A stretch of DNA of 62,976 nt, counting the filler, from Folioceros fuciformis (taxonomy: Eukaryota), in the NCBI GenBank assembly GCA_049999805.1. It is 8 parts of 8 records of this genome, joined end to end, with 100 filler letters (N's around TTAATTAATTAA, not from the genome) between each part and the next. Parts side by side here need not be neighbours in the genome. Positions count along the whole stretch, not along the records: positions 51,829 to 57,347 come from JBNGIO010001930.1; positions 57,448 to 62,976 come from JBNGIO010001931.1; 6 more parts are not named here. One strand, given 5' to 3'. A program made the translations under genes and the position numbers. Positions 52,479 to 62,976 of this stretch are shown one piece after another; positions within the stretch are counted from its first letter, which is position 1, and each line of letters starts with the position of its first letter. Under the pieces are notes generated by a model, which saw nothing but the letters and a program-made list of their open reading frames with translations, searched no databases and was not told the origin of the DNA.

Positions 52479-53465
52479 ATGGCGGCAGCAGCGAGCATTG
52501 GCGCGGCAATGGTGCTTCTGTGGGCGGTGCTTGCGGTGTTGACGGTGGGCGCTGAGGCCGGGCCCTCCGGGCGCAAGCTGTTGGAGCTGGTGCCTGAGCA
52601 ACCGCTGGTGCTGGAGTACCATGGGGGGAAGGTGCTAGGGGCTTCAGGCGTCATCAACGTGTACATCTTGTGGTACGGGGGCTTCTCCAAGGTGCAGCGG
52701 GGTATCGTCAACGGCTTCTTCCGCTCCATCCAGAAGAGCAGCGGGGCGCGGACTCCCAGTGTGCACAGCTGGTGGAAGTTGGCGGGAGGTTACAAGGACT
52801 CGGCGGGGACGGTGGTGCCGGCAGCCGTCGCGGTTGCGGGCCAGTACTCGAACGCGGGGTCGCTGGGGAAGAACCTCAAGCGGGCGGACCTGCCCAGGCT
52901 GGTTCTGCAGGCCGTGGCGGGGGGAAAGTTGAAGCAGGACGCGTCTGGCCTGTACCTGGTGCTCACGGCGGCGGATGTTCTTGTGGAGCGCTTCTGCATG
53001 GACTCCTGCGGCACCCACAACGTGTTGTCGGTGGGGGACGGGCCGCACAAGCTGCTGCTGCCCTGGGCGTGGGTGGGCAATTCCGCCACCCAGTGTCCCG
53101 GCACCTGCGCCTGGCCCTTTGCCCCTCTCTCCTTCCCCGGAGCACCCCCGGGCGCGCCTGCCAAGTCTCCCAACAATGACGTCGGGTTGGACGGAATGAT
53201 CATCAACATTAGCTCCATGCTGGCCGGCGCCTCCACCAACCCCTTCGGTGACGCCTTCTACCAGGGCGATGCGCTGGCCCCGCTGGAGGCCGCAACCGCC
53301 TGCACTGGCATCTACGGCGCCCACTCCTATCCTGGCTACCCCGGGGACCTCCTCACCGACAAGAGAACTGGTGGCAACTTCAATGTCTATGGCTACAAGA
53401 GATGGAGGTTTTTGGTGCCGGCTCTCGTCAACAGGAACACTGCTGCTTGTGCGGTGTCCGCTTGA
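52479..53465 (+). CDS. EXORDIUM/PHI-1-like secreted protein, intronless
   Basis: Signal peptide from ATG 52479; motifs LEYHGG, ILWYGGF, SVHSWW, FCMDSCGTH, WVGNSATQCPGTCAWPF, SPNNDVGLDGM, APLEAATACTGIYG and YPGYPG. Confidence 0.93.
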   Translation: MAAAASIGAAMVLLWAVLAVLTVGAEAGPSGRKLLELVPEQPLVLEYHGGKVLGASGVINVYILWYGGFSKVQRGIVNGFFRSIQKSSGARTPSVHSWWKLAGGYKDSAGTVVPAAVAVAGQYSNAGSLGKNLKRADLPRLVLQAVAGGKLKQDASGLYLVLTAADVLVERFCMDSCGTHNVLSVGDGPHKLLLPWAWVGNSATQCPGTCAWPFAPLSFPGAPPGAPAKSPNNDVGLDGMIINISSMLAGASTNPFGDAFYQGDALAPLEAATACTGIYGAHSYPGYPGDLLTDKRTGGNFNVYGYKRWRFLVPALVNRNTAACAVSA

Positions 53466-54189
53466 CTCCACCTCACTTCGTCTGGTGGTTCTGGTGGTGA
53501 GGGCTTACCTCCCCTCATAGGCTGGAGAATTCCGAGGATCAACATCTGCATTCCATGCCCATTGATCCTCCGAATTGTTTTCGATTCGTGGTCTCGACAA
53601 TCCTGTTTGTTGTCGGGGCAAGGGAAAATTGCGTCGGCTCACATTGCCCAGGAGTTTTCAACAACGGGCAACAAGTTTGCTAGCAAGCGTGGACCGTCTG
53701 GAAGTGTAGTGAGACGAATTTCTCACTTCAGTATTTTTGTGGTGGCATCTTCCAGGCATGCTCCGCTGCATTCGTCGTCACACGCATTTTTTGATTTATA
53801 GGTGGTAGTCAGAGTGTACAGATTAAAACATGGGTTTAGACACACATGCATTCTTTTCTATGTATATATCTTGCACTGTGATTTACAAAAGTATAGAGGG
53901 GTGGGACCTTGCAGTGCTGGACTTCCCTTCACTTTGTCTCAATCTGCAAGTTACCTTGTAACAAACACAATGGATGTAGGCATGCAGCACCCTCCATATC
54001 ATGTCCCTTGCAAATTCTCTTTGTGCGGCATGGACGATGAACGCAGGGATTGTCCCTGAGCAATGTTACCACCTTCAGTGTGCGTACTAACATACTTTCG
54101 AAAAGAACTTTCAGAATTAGGAGTTGGAATCGTTATAATCCAAAGGCCGTAGCAAATGCATTGCATCTCCTGCGATACCTTCCATCTGG

Positions 54190-55860
54190 TTCCGTTAGTA
54201 ACATGGCTTAGGGTTGACGAGTGAGAGGCAAAGCTCTGGACCGTCTTTCCCAGCTAGCATCATCTCACCGATGCAGAAGCAGAGCCCTGGACCATGGTTG
54301 GAAGACAACGTCCCATACGTGCCTGCTACGTTTAAGTGCCCTCCGTCGTCCGTATCGAGGTGAATTGTGTCTTTGCAGAGAGAGAAGAGGGATGATCGAC
54401 TTGACATGCTCGTTGTCAGGCCGGGTACTTCAGTGCCTGTTAGGAGTGCAAAGGTAAGATAGGAGGCTGGCTGCATGGAATTCTAGATGGTATGCTCGCT
54501 AGCGTAACTTCCACCCTCCGTACCTTGAAAAACAGGGAGTTTCCTAAGAGACCGAAGTGTTCGTCCGCCTACAGAGATAGGCCCACCTGCGACGAGATGC
54601 GGCGCGCTAGGCTCCAGACGTTCTTCTCGCTTTTAACCTTCTCTTCAAAGCGTATGCCTACGAATAATAGTCCCGCAGGTGATGCAGGTAGTGCAGACGG
54701 AAGAAGAGGCCGGCAGTCCACCATGCTGCGCCGGACAAATTGGAAGGTCAGCAGACTAAAGAGAGAGTGGGCATCACAGCTTTCGAAATCTTGAAACTGA
54801 TGCCACCTTGTGAAGCCAAAATTCACGCTAGCGGTGGACCAGTTGCTCGGATGCTGATTCCAAAGAGTGAATGAGGCCCTCAGGTGGGCAGACGCCACGA
54901 TAGCATATAGCGGAAAATGGTTAGCATCCAGCTGAGAGAGCAATTTCTCGGTTCCTGCGGGCAAGAGCACGATCAGGTACAACAGGATCTTGGTGACATT
55001 GTCAAGAACAAGTGACGATCATGAGCTGCAACCGAGAGGTACCTGACTTTCCGAGGCTATAGTACACAATTTCCGAACTACGCAGCTCATTCCTGTCAGT
55101 GAACCCCTGTTCTGTTGGAAGGGCTCAAGAGAGCACCTGCGAGACTTCCGTAACTTGGAGCTTGCAGTCAGGAACGGCAAGTATTTGTATTCCACTGGAA
55201 TCAGGTCCTCGATGCAAGCCACAATCCTATCATGAGAACTCGGTGCATGGGTGAAAACCAGGCTCGGGCGGCAGCCAGAGTATTGAGAGAGTCAGGACTG
55301 AAGTAGCGAAGTGGGCGCAGGCCTGCCGGTCCAGGGCTGCTGGATGCACTGTCATTGCAATGAAAGTCTGTTTACACTCCCGGCTGTACTTCACATGGAA
55401 TACCAACACATCCAAGACTTCAGTGGAGAACGCAGGGTTGCTGTAGCCCTTAGTGTTGAGCTCCTGTTTCACGATCAAGTATAGTTTCTTGCTGACGTCG
55501 TGGTCGGGGCTTGAGTCCCCCGGAAGTTCGAGAAAGTTCGTAACATTCGTATGCTCGGGACGTGCATATCCTAGTTGGCGTCCAGGGCTTCTATCTGTGT
55601 GCGGGAGAGAGCATTCTCCCTGGCGACCCATTCTAATCCATGTTTCTGTGAAACTCTCCCGCTCCGATCCACAAGAGTTCAAGGCAGCATAAAGAACATG
55701 ACGTCACATTCGCCGATGATCACCTGCTGGACTGCTTGTGCTACGAAAGTGGAACTCAAAAGACGCTGGAACACAATGCCAAAAACCACCATTCCCGTAC
55801 CTTGCGCCACGGACTTTGTCCAATTCTACTCGGTCACTCCTAGCTTCCGAGATCGGTAGC
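54190..55860 (-). pseudogene. Pseudogene of a plant CoA-dependent acyltransferase/condensation-fold protein (At3g52610-like)
   Basis: Collinear motifs RKLGVTE*NWTKSVAQGTG, KQELN, TVHPAALDR, IEDLIP, MVDCRPLLP, VWSLAR, RSSLFS and SSNHGPG, spread over several frames with in-frame stops. Confidence 0.65.
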
Positions 55861-56394
55861 CGAGCTCGGGACCGAGGTCAGCACTGATTCCCGCCTCTTC
55901 CGAGTTTAGCGCCGGCTCCTCCATCGCTGCAGAGTCTGGAGTCGTCCGTCGTGCCTTTCCCAAGTGCCGTAGCTGAAACCGAGTCTGGAGATGGTGATTC
56001 GAAGGGATGAACGGATGAAGTGCCCGCTGGTAGCAGGGACGCTGTGACGTGCAGAAGAGTCAATTAACAACTTCTACAAGAGAAAGAAAGGGCTTAAGTA
56101 AATGAAAAAGAAGACTTGCTATTGGACCCATAAAAATTACGAAACAGTACACAAGTAGAATAGAAGTGAGAAATATCAAGGAAAAGAAATTCATTAGTGT
56201 TTATTTACGATGATACATGATATAATAAATAGATGAATATTGAGATAGATGGTAGATAATGTGTTGAGCTGGAGGAGGGTAGAGGGTACATGGCCATCCG
56301 CGACCGTTTGCCACATTGCAAGCACAGACGTTCAGGGAGTAGTGTATCGTATGCGCCTTTTGCATTTGCGTGGATACCGTTGGTGCCCGAGGCT

Positions 56395-57274
56395 ATGGCA
56401 GGGAAGGCTTTGAGCATGGCAAGCTTGACCTTATCTCCAAGCCTGCAGCTGAAGTCCGCCTTCTCGGGCACTCAGCTCCGAGTGCAGGGCATGCGGGCCT
56501 CATCGCTGCCTGTGGTGTCCAAGCCAATGCTCGTTCTGGCCGCCACCAAGAAGGCGGTGGCTGTGCTCAAGGGCACCTCAGCTGTGGAAGGCGTTGTCAG
56601 TCTGCTGCAAGATGACGACGGTGAGTTTTGGGAGCAATGTTGACTACTCTGAGCTTGCCGCAGCCTGACGCCTGCGTGTGTGCTCTGATTCCGCTCCGCA
56701 GGTCCCACCACGGTGCAGGTGAAGATCACAGGCCTTACACCGGGGAAGCACGGGTTCCATCTGGTGAGCTTGTGCGGAAAGGATTCCGACTTTGGTGCCC
56801 GCCCTGCCTCTTGTTGTTTTGATGCTTCTTTTGTGCTACGACAGGGAGTTGAGACTGTGAAGTCATTGGCTTGTGTGTTGTCGTCTCGTTTTGGTGCAGC
56901 ATGAATTTGGTGATACCACCAACGGGTGCATATCGACTGGTACGAAATGCATTTTAGTACTAGAATCTGCCGTGTGGTGGCTAGTGGTGGGGGGGATGTG
57001 TGCCGTGGAGCTCATTCTTGTGTGTCCTGTTTCAGGACCCCATTTCAACCCTGACAAGAAGACCCATGGTGCGCCGGAAGACAAAATCCGCCACGCTGGT
57101 GACCTTGGAAACGTCATTGCAGGACCCGACGGTGAGCATCCTGTGTGTGGCGGAATTCGTAACTAGGGGCAGGTTATCAACATTCCTGTGAACATTTTTT
57201 GTTATTATTTTTAACTTGGCACACGTGCCTGTGTTCTTGCAGGAACTGTGGAAACAACCATAGTTGATGCCCAG
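56395..57274 (+). CDS. CSD2: Plastid Cu/Zn superoxide dismutase, 5' five exons (3' end lost at linker)
   Basis: Exons 56395-56620, 56702-56763, 56900-56939, 57036-57131, 57243-57274. Transit peptide then [45 protein letters not shown] and RHAGDLGN. Confidence 0.94.
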
Positions 57275-57347
57275 GTAACGTCAAGAAGAGGGGGTAGACT
57301 GAACGGGTTGTGTCATTTGACTGTCTTGTGACGGTGTTGTAAGAAGC

Positions 57348-57447
57348 NNNNNNNNNNNNNNNNNNNNNNNNNNNNNNNNNNNNNNNNNNNNTTAATTAAT
57401 TAANNNNNNNNNNNNNNNNNNNNNNNNNNNNNNNNNNNNNNNNNNNN
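57348..57447. other. Artificial contig linker
   Basis: N-run with central TTAATTAATTAA. Confidence 0.97.
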
Positions 57448-58041
57448 GTTTGAGTGAAGGCACCATACTAGCTAGGTTGGCAGCTGATTGCATAGCCAGT
57501 TTCAACTTGTTTCACTTTTTATTACACTTTATTTAACCCTTTGTTACAATTTAGAAAGTACTACAAAGTATTCATATTCAAACTTGCAACTTGTAATACT
57601 TTGTTATAATTTTCAAAAGTGTTACAAGTGTAACAAAGTACCCCAAAATGTAGTGGTGTACGAAGGTAGCGAGGAAAGGATAATTTAAAAAATTGGATAG
57701 GTACCATGCTCCTAATTAAGGGATTGAGTCCTACAACTATGTTTCTGGTGATGTTGTGCCTTCTTTGTTCTATGAAACGTTGAAAGTGAGCTTTATAAGC
57801 CTTTGAGTTGGTCTAGGGATGTTGAGATACAAAAGCGAAGAATTCAACATTTGAGGATAGTGGAAGTGGAACGACGTGTCTGGGGAGGGAGAGGCCCTGG
57901 ATAAAATAATGTTACCAATGTCATATCGTCTTGCTTAGCACGAGTCAAGGATCAAGAGATGTACCAAGAGCATTCAATGTGTAACATCTTGGATAGAGAG
58001 TGAACTGTGCAATACTGATCAGCACACTATTTAATACATGT

Positions 58042-58860
58042 CAAGCATGATGTGCATTATCGCATTGGTGAATGCAATTAGTAATTAGTAATAATTAAGT
58101 TATGCTAATAAATATTATTAGTGGTAAATAATAAAAATATTTAATTAAGATAATTTATGGATAATATAGTATCAAAGTCAACAAGATAAGATATACAACT
58201 AGTTGTGTGGACATGGGTGCAGCAGGCTTGTCGTGCTAAACATCGCACGCACTCATGCATGGTTCATTAGTTAGCAATACCCACACCACACCACATTACA
58301 CACATTAAACACGGCATAATGGTGCTCCAGCTCTATAAGAGTGAAGCATTTGTTTCCCTCATATACCACAAAATCTGCTCTATAAGAGTGAAGCGTTTGT
58401 TTCCTTCAGATATCACAAAATCAAACCACAAAATCTGCTCCACCTACGTCCACACTTCTTATAGTTGTAACTTGGCTTCTCAAATCCTTGATTGGGTCAC
58501 ATGATCTTGTACACTGCGCACACGTATACCTTAAGCGGATTTCTAACAAGAGAATGCACTTCCACGAGGATGCACTCAAGATGATGCTCTCTCACGAGAA
58601 AGCCTATTCCCAAAAAGCAAGGGAATCCGAGCTTATAGTTGTTGCAGACACTACTGAGCTAGGCTTTTATGCTTGTTACCTGAGACATGCTACAGCCACA
58701 TCCACACGTCTAGTTGTGTGTCTATTTAGTTGACTTTATATTATATTATATTTTCTAATCATCTTCACTAAATAAACCATAATATTATTTATTAGAATTA
58801 TTTAATTATTAATTAAATAATATTTACATGCATCTAAGCGACAACACACAATCATGCTTG
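58042..58860. mobile_element. Old non-autonomous DNA element with long AT-rich inverted arms (MULE/foldback-like)
   Basis: 58042-58224 (CAAGCATGAT...AAAGTCAAC...ACAACTAG..GTGTGGA...GCA) is a diverged reverse complement of 58688-58860; internal tandem duplication at ~58331-58440. Confidence 0.6.
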
Positions 58861-59499
58861 GCAAGCGTGAAGTGATGAGTATAAAAGTCTAGCTCAATAA
58901 TGTCCGCCGCAATTGCAAGCTTGTATTTCTCTTGAAGGAGTATTTTCTTTAGTGCATTCTCTTGGAAGAATATTGTCTTCTAGAAAATCCGATTGAGGTC
59001 GCGTGAGTGCAATTTACATGAATAAATGACCTACTTGTAGATTTGAAAAGCCAAGTTTAAGATATGAGAAGTTTGGATGTAGATGGTGGATACAACGTAG
59101 TATCTGAAGAAGACACTTCACTTTTATCGAGCTACATCCAATGGACATCATTTTTGTAAAGTATATCTCACATCTTGTATATGATCATACTAATGCATGT
59201 AAAAAATATTTAATAACATATTGTCTTCATATCCACTAACCTTTATATTTCATCTCTAGCTATTGCATCTCCTATAACTTTAAGCATTTTACGCATACTT
59301 TAGTTTTAGGTCATTGTTATTGAAATGCCAACTTCGTTGCAATTTTAAATTCATCGTGTTATTTTTTATTTTGTCTTCTCCTAGACCTCTTTCTATGGAG
59401 AGTCTTGAACAATCTATTGTAAGTTTGGATATTCTTCAATGTCTACCTCAAGAATAGATGAGCTTGTTGTCCAAGATTGTTGTCTAAGATCATTTGAGC

Positions 59500-59573
59500 T
59501 TGGAAGCAGCATATTGGAAGCAGCATATTGGAAGCAGCATATTGGAAGCAGCATATTGGAAGCAGCATATTGG
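59500..59573. repeat. Perfect minisatellite: 5 x TTGGAAGCAGCATA (14 bp)
   Basis: Five exact copies plus a partial TTGG. Confidence 0.95.
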
Positions 59574-62500
59574 CTCAAATCTATCTTCAAACATTTGTAC
59601 CCCATTTGGAACCACCTTCATTCACCCCTTCTTGGGATTCTTTCCAAGGGCCTTCATTGTTTTCTCCAAGATTAAGAGGTTTCGATTCTTCCAAAGCATC
59701 CTCATGTATTTGTTCTCCAATGTTTGCATATCACTATGCGGTGAGCGAGTATTGTTTTGGAGTGAAAGGACCTTCCTACCAGTTTTCAGGAGCGCATCTT
59801 GAGGGCGAAGGCATGGAAGGTGATGGAGGATGAACAACGACAACCGTTGGTCCGAGTCTTCAAGCCGTGACACTTTGATCACCTTCAAAGATAACTTCGG
59901 GAGGGTATGCAAGGTCGGCATACTCTGCAGGGACACTGCGAATATGGCGCAAATTTTGCAGCCACGATGATATGCTATGCCTCTGCAGGACTTACCTCGA
60001 AGTCGGGATTTGGACGCTAATTCAATGCAGTATGATACAAGATTCTCCAGAGAACAATTTCGAGAAAACGTGATGCATTTTCAGGGAATTATGACGTCCG
60101 AGGTGTATAGAGTGGTGGTCTTTTATTCTCCTGATGACAAATACAAGGTCGGAGATGTCTTGCTTGCATCGCGCAACGGTGGAGTGACTTCCTTTTGGCA
60201 CAAAACTAAGTTGTGTGTGACTGCAACAAGTAAGTCACATGATGCAGGGGATTTTATTACAATGGCCGCTGGCTGATGAAACGAGGGCTATCTCCTGCAA
60301 CATTTTTCTCCTAGTGCATCCTCTGTAGTCATGGTTGCTACTAAAAGCCTGATGAACTGTTTTCAAGACAGGTTGTTGCACACACCCTGTCCTACACAAT
60401 AGCTGATCACAAAGTCGTGTCCTCCAACAGGAATCCTCTAAGGCTACTCCAGAAGTTGATCGAGTTGTAAACCATTCAAGACGACTGGCTGTTGGATGAA
60501 TGTTCAGGCTCTGGCTCGGGATGATTGTGCTCACAAAATGTGCTAAGTACGACACTGGGTGGGACACTGGGACAACATCTGTCAATAACAACATCAACTG
60601 AGAAGTATGATCCAGTGGATGATGCCAGTGACTCCCTACACAGTGGCCGAGTCGACAGCTAGAGAAATTTTGAGGCAAATGACCGTGACCTCGGTGTAGA
60701 CATCGAGGGATACGCTGAGTGACTGCTCTCAGCCCCCGCATCTTCCGGTCAGTCGAGGGTAGGCTTTCAGTTTCCAGCTGGCGTGCTTAGTTTGAGAGGA
60801 GGAACGGAAAGTATGTTACGCAGACGTGGTAGCTGTGGTTGCGCATATTATCGACTGCTCCTCACCAAATCTCGACTTCCCATCCCGCTGTCCAGGCAAA
60901 TGCAACCCGCTGTCTACGCAAGCATCCGACCGGTGTCCAGGCTAAAATAGCTCGCTATTCAAGCGAGCATCTGCTCGCAATCCAAGGAAACTCTCTCTGC
61001 GCTGTCCAGGCAAAAGGATCCGGCTCACCACACAAACATCTTCCCGTTGTGCAGCTAAAATCCGCCAACAATCCCGGTCTTCTGTTGTCCAGGCCTTGCG
61101 CAACAGAACGTCCGTCCGGTGGTGATCGCGGGGCAATCAACGGGGGTCCGAACGCAGGTACCCCACTTGGGCCTGAAAACTTTCCGGACCGGGTCCGCCA
61201 ATCAGGGTTCTTAGAATTAATATTTGATTAGACTGTATTAATGCGCAAGAGAAAATATCAATTAAGCACAAACACCATTGATATTGGAGTAGCGGTCTAC
61301 CTAAGGCTTCCTCTAAGCCAAAGAGGGCAGTTTGTTCCCCAACCACAATTCTCCTCCAAGGAACAATGCCTTGCAACCACATTTCTACCTCATACCCAAA
61401 TGCTTGCGTAGTGGAAGAAAAATGTGTTGGCTTTTATGGGCAGCACTAGAGGAGCATATTCTGCAACAATCTTCGCCCATCACCACTAGCAACCCATCCC
61501 ATCCGTCCACGTTAGGTAAGCAAGCCTGAAAGAAACACCAAATCACGGACCTAACCTAACCTTGGGTGGGGATGCCTTTCAAGGTCCATAAGAGCTTAAG
61601 AGTGTTCAACTGACGTCGCTTAGATAACTTCAGTATGGAGAGCATTGGCCCCCTCCCACTTATCCTCTGGGACCGGATCAGCCACAGATGGATATAGGAG
61701 GTGTGGAAAATGAAGAAGGACTTGGAGTTGTCATCATCCTTTTATCTCCCGCGATGGTCACTTGAAGAGATCGGGTCTAAAAGGTTGAACCTAGTTTTTT
61801 GAAAGTTGGAATCAACACAAAGATGGCTCTGTGCTTGAGGGGCCTTGTGCTTCGAGCACCTCTCCTTGTGTTTGCCACCGACTCACTCTTGAGGTTCTTG
61901 TGAGGACTGTGATTGCGCCCAACACTCTAGCGCATATCTCTCCATCTTCCCTCCCCCAAAGGTCTAACATAGCTAAGGAAGAGATAACCTTGACCAATCT
62001 AGTGGTCCATATTCCATCTTGGAGTGAAACCTGCATCGCACTTTGTAAAGGGCATTAGCCAATGTGATCTTTAAAACAACAACAAGAGTAGGTCAAGCTA
62101 CTTCTTTAGTACAGGTGGTAGATAGGTCTTTTGTTATTCTGCACCATGATATTTTGGGAGAAGCAACAAGTGTAGATCAAGCGGCTTCTTTGGTATAAGT
62201 GACAGATAGACCCTTTGGTTGTTTTGCATCACAACATTTTGGGAGCATGGTAGTTTGGACAATGATATTCCAATGGGCTAGTACCCTTTTGGCACTGGTG
62301 ATAGATAGGCCTTTTGTTATTCCACATCACGAAATTTTGGGAGCATAGTAGTTTTGGGAATGATGTTTCAAAGGGCTAGTATCCTTTTGGCCTTAGGTCC
62401 TACTTGGTTGTTTCTTCTTTATCTTTTAGAGTAGATGAAACTTTCTATCTCTTTTTCAACAATAGAAAATAACTACTTTCCTTGTTCATTGATGTGATTC

Positions 62501-62880
62501 TACTAGCAACCTTACATTAGTGTCTTTTGTTGTCCCTTTAGCCTAGCTTCATAGGTACGTTCTCTTGCAAAGTATTTAGGCTAAGTATTTATTTGTGGGA
62601 ATTACAATATTAGATGATTTATTGAATTAGAAATAAAACTTGATATATTTTTTATATGATATTATTACTACATGAAGTGTAGGTTTTCAGATATTTTGAA
62701 GACTGCTTTCCTTCAAAGAACCCTGGATTATCTTCTCTTGTTCAACTTTGGTAGTTGAAGCATGAGCTCGGTATATCAATTGGTGAAGAATTCGAAGAAG
62801 GTGATCTTTGGATGAATGAAATATTGCATGTAGGTAGGTAAGTAGAGTCCACAGAAAGATCGACATGAAGATTCTGTCAT

Positions 62881-62976
62881 TAGCAAAGCAAAGGAAAGCA
62901 CAGCAAAGGGAAGGGAGCAAAGTTGTTAGCAAAGCAAAGGAAAGCAAAGGGAAGGGAAGGGAGCAAAGTTGTTAGC
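62881..62976. repeat. Purine-rich ~45-bp tandem repeat, two copies to the window end
   Basis: TAGCAAAGCAAAGGAAAGCA...GGGAGCAAAGTTGT repeated. Confidence 0.8.

Noticed and set aside
52644-53471. 275-aa minus-strand ORF
   Set aside because: GC-rich antisense shadow of the EXORDIUM-like gene.
61680-62040. Possible LINE endonuclease remnant on the minus strand (SSDH, DDNSKSFF)
   Set aside because: Motifs are short and their spacing is unconvincing.

Overview
Eukaryotic plant nuclear DNA: gene-dense, with mostly short (about 80-150 bp) GT-AG introns. An LCIB gene alongside typical land-plant genes suggests a hornwort (Anthoceros-like) genome; this is inference. The window is eight contigs joined by seven identical artificial 100-bp linkers (44N-TTAATTAATTAA-44N), so adjacency across linkers is unproven. 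Contig 1 (1-22724) holds a 9-exon LCIB-family gene with a predicted N-terminal membrane anchor, FCF1/UTP24, a decayed PLS-PPR gene, a ~410-nt imperfect hairpin, a secreted alpha-carbonic anhydrase, plastid glutathione reductase, ZMAT5 and PYRP2. Later contigs hold LTR-retrotransposon debris, a vasculin/GPBP1-like gene, a phi GST (3' part), 3-methyladenine glycosylase, a lesioned mitochondrial PDH E2, a CLC channel (5' part), an EXORDIUM-like gene, an acyltransferase-fold pseudogene, plastid Cu/Zn SOD (5' part) and more TE remnants. The most notable items are the anchored LCIB, its linkage to an alpha-CA, and the long hairpin between them. Exon coordinates were derived by hand and no database searches were run.
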